Positions 59,001 through 64,000 of a DNA stretch of 64,000 nucleotides are shown here, one piece after another. Below the pieces are notes generated by a model. It ran no database searches and was not told the origin of the DNA. It saw only the letters and a list, made by a program, of their open reading frames with translations. The translations under genes and the position numbers were made by a program. Source of the DNA: Candidatus Hermodarchaeota archaeon (lineage in GTDB: Archaea; Asgardarchaeota; Hermodarchaeia; Hermodarchaeales; Hermodarchaeaceae); assembly GCA_016839805.1 (NCBI GenBank), contig JAEOTO010000015.1:32001-96000 (forward strand), read 5' to 3'. Positions within the stretch are counted from its first letter, which is position 1; every line of letters starts with the position of its first letter.

Positions 59001-60030
59001 TGGATTATGTCGAACAGAGCATATGTTCTTCGAAGAGGAACGCCGACCAATCGTTGTCAAGATGATTATGTCTGATAATGAAGGTGAACGCCAGAAGCTC
59101 CTCGACCAATTATTACCTTTCCAACGCGAGGATTTTGAGGGGATTTTTAAAGCGATGGATGGATTCCCCGTTATTGTTCGTTTAATCGACCCACCGATGC
59201 ACGAATTCCTACCAACCAAGGATGAACTCAATGATGAAATCTGTCAATTACAACTCAAACTGCAAAGTAATCCATCAGAGACTACACTAAAACGGATAAA
59301 GAAGAAGCTCGCGGAAAAAGAACATCTCTTAGATGTGGTTGAAACTATGTGGGAAGTGAATCCCATGATGGGTCTCCGAGGCTGCCGCGCAGGAATATCC
59401 TATCCTGGTCTGACCGAAATGCAAGTGCGAGCCATCTTCGAAGCTGCCTGTAACGTCGCCAAAGAAGGAGTGAAAGTCTACCCAGAAGTGATGATACCCT
59501 TAGTAAGTCATGTCAATGAACTCATGCTTGAACGAGAAAAACTAGAAAAAGTCGTTAAAGACGTATTAGCGGAAAAAAATTGTAAACTCAGGTACAAGTT
59601 TGGGTTGATGATTGAAACGCCCCGTGCCGCCTTAACCGCAGATGTTGTTGCACAATTTGCGGATTTCTTCTCATTCGGAACCAACGACTTAACTCAAATG
59701 ACCTACGGCGTATCACGCGATGATGCTGAAGGCAAATTCCTCCGCCAATACGTCATCTGGGGCATTCTCCCAAATAATCCATTTGAGGTTCTTGACCGCG
59801 ATGGCGTTGGAACCCTAATGAAAATGACCATCGAGAAAGGCCGGGCCGCTAATCCTAAACTTGAAATCGGGGGCTGTGGTGAACACTTCGGCGAACCCAG
59901 CTCCATTGAATTCTCACACATCATCGGTCTCAACTACGTCAGTGCATCCCCCTTTCGCGTACCTATTGCCCGGCTCGCCGCCGCTCAAGCAGCGTTAAAT
60001 CATAAATATGGACGAAATCAAGCGAATTGA
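56062..60030 (+). CDS. ppdK: Pyruvate, phosphate dikinase containing an intein
   Basis: LLGGKGANLAEM, SMPGMMDT, GEDVVAG.RTP, GGMT|intein|SHAAVVAR, GLCRTEHMF and FSFGTNDL motifs; ATG at 56062. Confidence 0.95.
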   Translation: MSNKWVYLFSEGNKDMRDLLGGKGANLAEMTNAGLPVPPGFTITTEACNAYFANDKQFPEGMWDQVLTAIKTLEKQTGKRLGDPANPLLVSARSGARVSMPGMMDTVLNIGFNQKVLDGFAKLTGNIRVAWDAYRRLIQMFGNIVKEISRHKFEAILDEYKAKTEGGRDTDLSVAMLKELVRDFKALYHTELGEKFPDEPLEQIRQAIAAVFNSWFGAPATSYRNAEGIPHDWGTAVNIQTMVFGNMGERSGTGVTFTRNPASGEKEVWGEYLLNAQGEDVVAGIRTPQPISHLKEDLPKIWDEFIKISDRLEQHYRDMQDLEFTIERDKLYMLQTRTGKRTAIAAVKIAVDMVQEGLIEKNEAILRVNPSQIDQFLHPRFDPEAVEEAKNSGHLIAQGLNASPGAATGIAIFDADTAAERGQTGEKLILVRPETNPDDVHGMIEAQGILTQRGGMTCVAGESKVLTDQGFMTAEEAFLWLAAGNQLQILAFDHQSRRTIWRKVIAAGQRIADVCTISVSQTGRAKKNILRLTPNHKMFTIQNRQFQKKTLEACLEDKNFLCVIENIPALTESLVNESTLAYTAGAIFTDGYVNLKPTKGSVTFTQKRTPEKQPFIEAVRSKFNETFGYSFTYHRNRQSDAILEGRKIEGEVQDLICFHQEPAQILSNTWNNLVPWMLTLDKESLYSFLAGVIDGDGTFNEKSSRVNIFIGKEELLQGVIIACLRIGILPQITNNRSIFNIQLPVEYSPIFEYTKRVFGAEENRLYSHRLFSTRSLFTDIIDKVNYKGRVKEAIKRNLMFGADKIERDLLSLCEPQIQQELQVILDSDVRMYRISKVDETEKTEVYNFEVNATNDLDKNFVVFSSQYTPILVSNSHAAVVARGWGKACVAGCETISIDMDARAFRVGDIVIREGDPISIDGTTGSVFKGEIGTIDASFDEESELVTLLSWADDIRKLGVWTNADNPKDASRARSFGAEGIGLCRTEHMFFEEERRPIVVKMIMSDNEGERQKLLDQLLPFQREDFEGIFKAMDGFPVIVRLIDPPMHEFLPTKDELNDEICQLQLKLQSNPSETTLKRIKKKLAEKEHLLDVVETMWEVNPMMGLRGCRAGISYPGLTEMQVRAIFEAACNVAKEGVKVYPEVMIPLVSHVNELMLEREKLEKVVKDVLAEKNCKLRYKFGLMIETPRAALTADVVAQFADFFSFGTNDLTQMTYGVSRDDAEGKFLRQYVIWGILPNNPFEVLDRDGVGTLMKMTIEKGRAANPKLEIGGCGEHFGEPSSIEFSHIIGLNYVSASPFRVPIARLAAAQAALNHKYGRNQAN
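57433..58683 (+). mobile_element. Intein (417 aa) with LAGLIDADG homing endonuclease
   Basis: Starts CVAGESKV, block B LTPNH, endonuclease motifs AGAIFTDG and FLAGVIDGDG, block F VYNFEV, ends ILVSN followed by Ser+1; removing it restores GGMTSHAAVVAR. Confidence 0.93.
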
Positions 60031-60036
60031 AGTGAA

Positions 60037-60867
60037 ATGGTGACTTCTCCTCCCTTCAACATTCGCTCAATGAAGAAACAGGATTGGACCGCCTTCAAAC
60101 CACTCGATACACAACTTTTTCCTGATGATCCCATTGAAGAAGATCACTTCCAGAGGCTGTTAGAGACCAATGGTTTATTCGCCCTTACCACGAAAAACGA
60201 CGAAATCATCGGCTATCTATATGTCACACGATTCGGTGAGGATCTTGGACACCTTGGTCGTATTGGTGTTGCTCAAGCTTACCAGAACCATGGGCTAGGG
60301 AGTAGGTTAATGGAATTTGCGCTTCAATGGTTCCAAGAACAAGGTGGAATAAACACCATTCGATTGTACACCCAAGATTTTAATGCCAAAGCCCAACGCC
60401 TTTATGAAAAATTTAAATTCCGAATAACTGGTACAACCTGGCATTATATCATACCCTTCAACTCAATTCACCCACAGGGAAAATATACCTGCCATATAAT
60501 TCAAGACCACGAAGTAAGAATCCTACAGAAACGCTACCCAGATTCAATGCCAGCAGCCCAGATTCGGAGATGGTTAGAACGCGATTCACTGGTATTGACG
60601 CTCAAAAATTCCCAAGGTCAAATTATTGGTGTCTGCCGCTTTTCTCCCTCTTTTCCTGGGTGTTTTCCCTTTGAACTAGATGCCATCTCATGCTTTGATG
60701 ATTTTATTCATGAACTCCAGAAATTCAGCCTTCCCAACTATGATTACGTTCGAGTCACATTCACGGATTTCCCAGAACTAGCCCAACTAATGGAACACCG
60801 GAATTACAAACTCCACCATCGACTCCACAAAATGGAACTCTCACTAGAAAAAAGGAAGAAGAGGTGA
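60037..60867 (+). CDS. GNAT acetyltransferase
   Basis: IGV...YQ..GLG..LM and N..A..LYEK..F motifs. Confidence 0.85.
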   Translation: MVTSPPFNIRSMKKQDWTAFKPLDTQLFPDDPIEEDHFQRLLETNGLFALTTKNDEIIGYLYVTRFGEDLGHLGRIGVAQAYQNHGLGSRLMEFALQWFQEQGGINTIRLYTQDFNAKAQRLYEKFKFRITGTTWHYIIPFNSIHPQGKYTCHIIQDHEVRILQKRYPDSMPAAQIRRWLERDSLVLTLKNSQGQIIGVCRFSPSFPGCFPFELDAISCFDDFIHELQKFSLPNYDYVRVTFTDFPELAQLMEHRNYKLHHRLHKMELSLEKRKKR

Positions 60868-60883
60868 ACCTAAGGGTTCACCT
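60862..60883. terminator. Perfect hairpin over the GNAT stop codon
   Basis: AGGTGAACC-TAAG-GGTTCACCT; no U-tract follows. Confidence 0.45.
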
Positions 60884-61027
60884 GGCGTTGACGACGAATA
60901 AGGAATATAGCCACAACTATTCGTGAAGTTTTTAATGAAAATGTGTACCTTGCGTTACTATGTTACTCAAATAAGAACCAGCCATAGTGCAAAATCTGCA
61001 GAGTAAAAAGGCACACGAAGGAATAGT

Positions 61028-61059
61028 AAAAAAAGGGAAGGTGGAGGGATTCCCTCCAC
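61028..61059 (-). terminator. Hairpin + U-tract terminator-like element
   Basis: GTGGAGGGA-T-TCCCTCCAC (61041-59); minus-strand RNA continues CUUCCCUUUUUUU; 6 nt after the stop. Confidence 0.65.
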
Positions 61060-61065
61060 TCAGAA

Positions 61066-63843
61066 TTACTTACTGCTTCCACGACGTCGCAAAACTAGTA
61101 CGAGGACGATGATGACAACGATGATGATGACCACCGCTGCGATAATCAACAACCATGGGAAATCAGGGGGAAGAAAAATGAAGTTAAACACTGTAAAACT
61201 GGATGTCGAAATCGCTTCCGAGGATAGATCCCCATCACTAACAACCACGCGAATTCTGTACTGGTCACTATTCGGCAATCCGACGGTATTCCAAGTATAA
61301 CTAGTATTATCTAATCCCGTGACAATTGGATGCCACGTCGAACCGTTATCAAAGCTATAGAAGAGATCAGTGGTTAGCGGTTGCCCGTCGAAATCGTCGT
61401 GGGTCCACTGAATCGTGTAAGTCCCGTTGATGTTTTCGCCACCATCCGGTTGCACCAGGGTAACAAGGGGAGCGCGGTTACTGGTTAACCAGTCCATGGT
61501 ATTCAAGAGTAGGGCTCGGTTGTCATAGTAGTCAATGATCATTGTTTTATTGTCACCATGAAGTCCTGACGTTAGGATTCTTCGAGTGAATTGCCAGGAA
61601 GCTCCAATAGTGACAAGTCTTCCACGACTGGGTGTCAACGCACTCATCACTGGATAATCAGGTGCTGCAGTAAGATTAATCCAGGTCGAAGTAGCATCCC
61701 CATCAGTTTGCACAAGAGTGGTGGCGCTCCCAGGTTGGTTGTTAATTCCAGTAGCCCCAGCTATAATGATTTGATTCAATCCTGCCATTATCGGGTGAGT
61801 TGCGAAATTAGGTGTTCCGTAAATGACATCGGTGGTAATGAAAAAGCCATCTCCGAAGTAATCATCTGAATCGATAAGAAAACTTCCGTAATCGAATCGA
61901 ATGCCAAAGTCCTCGGCGATTTCTGAGGTAAATCCCAGATACATAAACGCATCACCAATGAGGAAGAGGCTTCTTCCCATGACTTCTACATATTCTTGTA
62001 TACTCGTGCGGTTGGATGCTGAGTATTGGGTAAATGAACCACCAATGACTAGAGCATCAGCAGTGGCCATGAAATCGGGGTTAAACTGTCGCATCATTTT
62101 GATGCCATAACCTGCACCTCGTAGTATCTGAGCAGTATCATAGAATGAACCAATGGCGAAACCTGCTTCACCTAACCATCGAACAACGTTAATGCCAAAG
62201 AGCCCATTGTGGGATAAGGCTAAGAGACCATTACTAGTGTCGTTATACCAATGTGACATATCAGCAGTAACCACAACTCGGCCTCTTCCATACGTAAAGG
62301 CGACTGCCACTGGGAGATTTTGTGCGGACGGACTCCCTGGTGGTGTAGTGTACCATCCGGCAGTTGCATCATTATCAGTTCGAATCAATGGAATAGCATT
62401 TGCCGGTGTCTCGTTGAATGCGGTTGCATGAAGGAAAGTAACCTCGTCAATGCCATTGAGAATTGGGTGGTTGGCTAGATTCGCATCACTAAATACAGGC
62501 CAATAATCGTAGGTATTGTAGTTGTCGCTGTCGTTGATTACGCCATCATAGAAGTCACAACCAAAGGTTCGTGCTAGTTGATAGACAGCGTTTGTAAGGA
62601 AGCTTGTCGATTCACCAATGATTAACACACTTCCTCCCTGAATCACGTATCCCTCGATAATGTTGAGTTCATTAGCGGTATAATCCGTTGAAGGTCTCAC
62701 CATGACTAAAACGTCATTTGCGTTTATCGTAGCCGAACTCCAGACAGTCATCTTATCTACATTATAGTCCGCTCCTTCGAGGATTTGAGCAAAATCGCCA
62801 AAACCGGAGAAATCATCTTCGTAACCATAGATGTTGTCATCGTCGTCATCAATCCCATTCCAGGCAGCGTGTGTTTCATCGAAGAGAACGTTAATCGGGG
62901 TAGGAGTCTCATCAATTGAATTGAAAGGCGTGTGGCTCTCATCAAAGACCACGGTCTTCGTGGGAATGTTCGGGTGGGCGAGCCAATCAATTATGTTTCG
63001 GGCAAGAATCTCATTGTCACCATCAAAGTAATTGAAAGTGCCATCACTGTCGGTATCAGCACGTGTCCATGAATCTCCATCACCAGAAACTACGATACGT
63101 CCAAGTCCCAATTCATATTCAAACGCTACAATTCCTGCAATGCCACTAGCAACACCCCCGCCCATATCCCATCGACTGTGATCATCTGCGTCGGTGATTA
63201 GGATAGGCACACCATGTATCGGATACAGAACCAGCCCATCACCATAATATGTTTCAACACGGTTTACTCCCGCTGTTATAGGATGGTCACCAAAATTCGC
63301 TGAGCGATTCCAGACTACCCAGTAGTCGTAGGGTGCAATGAAGTTATTTTCATCTACAAGGGGATCATTACTTAATGTGACATCGAAGTAACTAGCGATA
63401 TCTGCACCGACATCAAATCGGTCACCAATGATGAATAGCCCTCCGCCATGAGCCACGAAGTCATGAAGAAGACCTAGTTCAGTGGCCGAGTACGCTAGGC
63501 TAGGAGTGACTGTAACGAAGATGTCAGCTCCCATTATTGTGGCTGGGTCCCAGGTGGACATGGCCTCAACGGTATAACCCTGTGCTACCATATCGGTTGT
63601 GAAATTATTGTACTGAAGGGTAATGTTGTTATCCCAGTATGGTAGGTGTGATTCATCGAAGACAATGTGTTCTCCTTGGATTGGCGCTGAAGAAAAGTCT
63701 GTGGCATTAGCAGTATAAGATAGGTCAAGTACGCCATTGTTGAAAAAGAAAAATGAACACACTAAACCTACCAGAACAACGATCAAGAAGTATTTTCTCT
63801 TAATCAAAGAATTCACATTCCTGTGACTTGCAGTTAGAGACAT
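61066..63843 (-). CDS. Surface protein with three DUF4350/GIFT-like modules, an Ig-like domain and a C-terminal TM anchor
   Basis: Three [VL]FDE[ST]H starts; GG.L..IG[DE], HPI..G, GR.V and N...WL repeats; C-terminal TM + RRR. Confidence 0.82.
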   Translation of the reverse strand: MSLTASHRNVNSLIKRKYFLIVVLVGLVCSFFFFNNGVLDLSYTANATDFSSAPIQGEHIVFDESHLPYWDNNITLQYNNFTTDMVAQGYTVEAMSTWDPATIMGADIFVTVTPSLAYSATELGLLHDFVAHGGGLFIIGDRFDVGADIASYFDVTLSNDPLVDENNFIAPYDYWVVWNRSANFGDHPITAGVNRVETYYGDGLVLYPIHGVPILITDADDHSRWDMGGGVASGIAGIVAFEYELGLGRIVVSGDGDSWTRADTDSDGTFNYFDGDNEILARNIIDWLAHPNIPTKTVVFDESHTPFNSIDETPTPINVLFDETHAAWNGIDDDDDNIYGYEDDFSGFGDFAQILEGADYNVDKMTVWSSATINANDVLVMVRPSTDYTANELNIIEGYVIQGGSVLIIGESTSFLTNAVYQLARTFGCDFYDGVINDSDNYNTYDYWPVFSDANLANHPILNGIDEVTFLHATAFNETPANAIPLIRTDNDATAGWYTTPPGSPSAQNLPVAVAFTYGRGRVVVTADMSHWYNDTSNGLLALSHNGLFGINVVRWLGEAGFAIGSFYDTAQILRGAGYGIKMMRQFNPDFMATADALVIGGSFTQYSASNRTSIQEYVEVMGRSLFLIGDAFMYLGFTSEIAEDFGIRFDYGSFLIDSDDYFGDGFFITTDVIYGTPNFATHPIMAGLNQIIIAGATGINNQPGSATTLVQTDGDATSTWINLTAAPDYPVMSALTPSRGRLVTIGASWQFTRRILTSGLHGDNKTMIIDYYDNRALLLNTMDWLTSNRAPLVTLVQPDGGENINGTYTIQWTHDDFDGQPLTTDLFYSFDNGSTWHPIVTGLDNTSYTWNTVGLPNSDQYRIRVVVSDGDLSSEAISTSSFTVFNFIFLPPDFPWLLIIAAVVIIIVVIIVLVLVLRRRGSSK

Positions 63844-64000
63844 TTGGACTAGCCTATACTGAACGCCAAGCCTGCCAACTAGTCCCGCTGCAAATCAAAC
63901 CTATCAAATAGGCTTGTAATGGAGCTATTTAAAGATTGATGCAAAATACCTAGAAGCGATTTTCATGTGAAGACTTGTAGTGACAAATTTATGGAAATAA

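Noticed and set aside
1-64000. CRISPR arrays, rRNA, transposases, integrases, reverse transcriptases
   Set aside because: No regularly spaced direct repeats or diagnostic motifs found by eye. Short or degenerate elements could have been missed.

Overview
Gene-dense archaeal window. It is most likely from an Asgard archaeon: TATA-type promoters, an archaeal Wood-Ljungdahl gene set, a Rab-like small-GTPase fold, and large C-terminally anchored surface proteins point that way. The lineage is inferred, not measured. The left half is accessory and housekeeping: a PadR/BtrH-like/GyrI-like operon, a 2308-aa gingipain-type (C25) surface protease, several DNA-adduct repair genes (AlkD-like, AlkZ/YcaQ-like, SplB-like radical SAM, Fpg/Nei), a Zn-ribbon Rab-like pseudo-GTPase, and two ABC exporter loci. 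The right half is C1/energy metabolism: cdhA-B-C-D with no cdhE in the window, cooC, a Fwd/Hdr block (FeS-FwdG-like, FwdB-like, HdrA-MvhD fusion, FwdF polyferredoxin, FwdD-like), cofC, and PPDK carrying a 417-aa LAGLIDADG intein two residues before its catalytic His. The most notable unexplained signals are: (1) a ~160-nt intergenic segment (25084-25249) whose 3' end pairs in three consecutive blocks with three upstream segments, a candidate multi-pseudoknot ncRNA ending in CCA+T4; (2) a second candidate ncRNA with four hairpins and its own TATA box (21219-21376); (3) an FwdB/FwdD pair that has lost the W/Mo-site residues but keeps its Fe-S ligands, beside HdrA-MvhD and FwdF; (4) the Rab-like pseudo-GTPase. 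I saw no rRNA, tRNA, CRISPR array or transposase. All calls come from reading motifs by eye, with no database searches.
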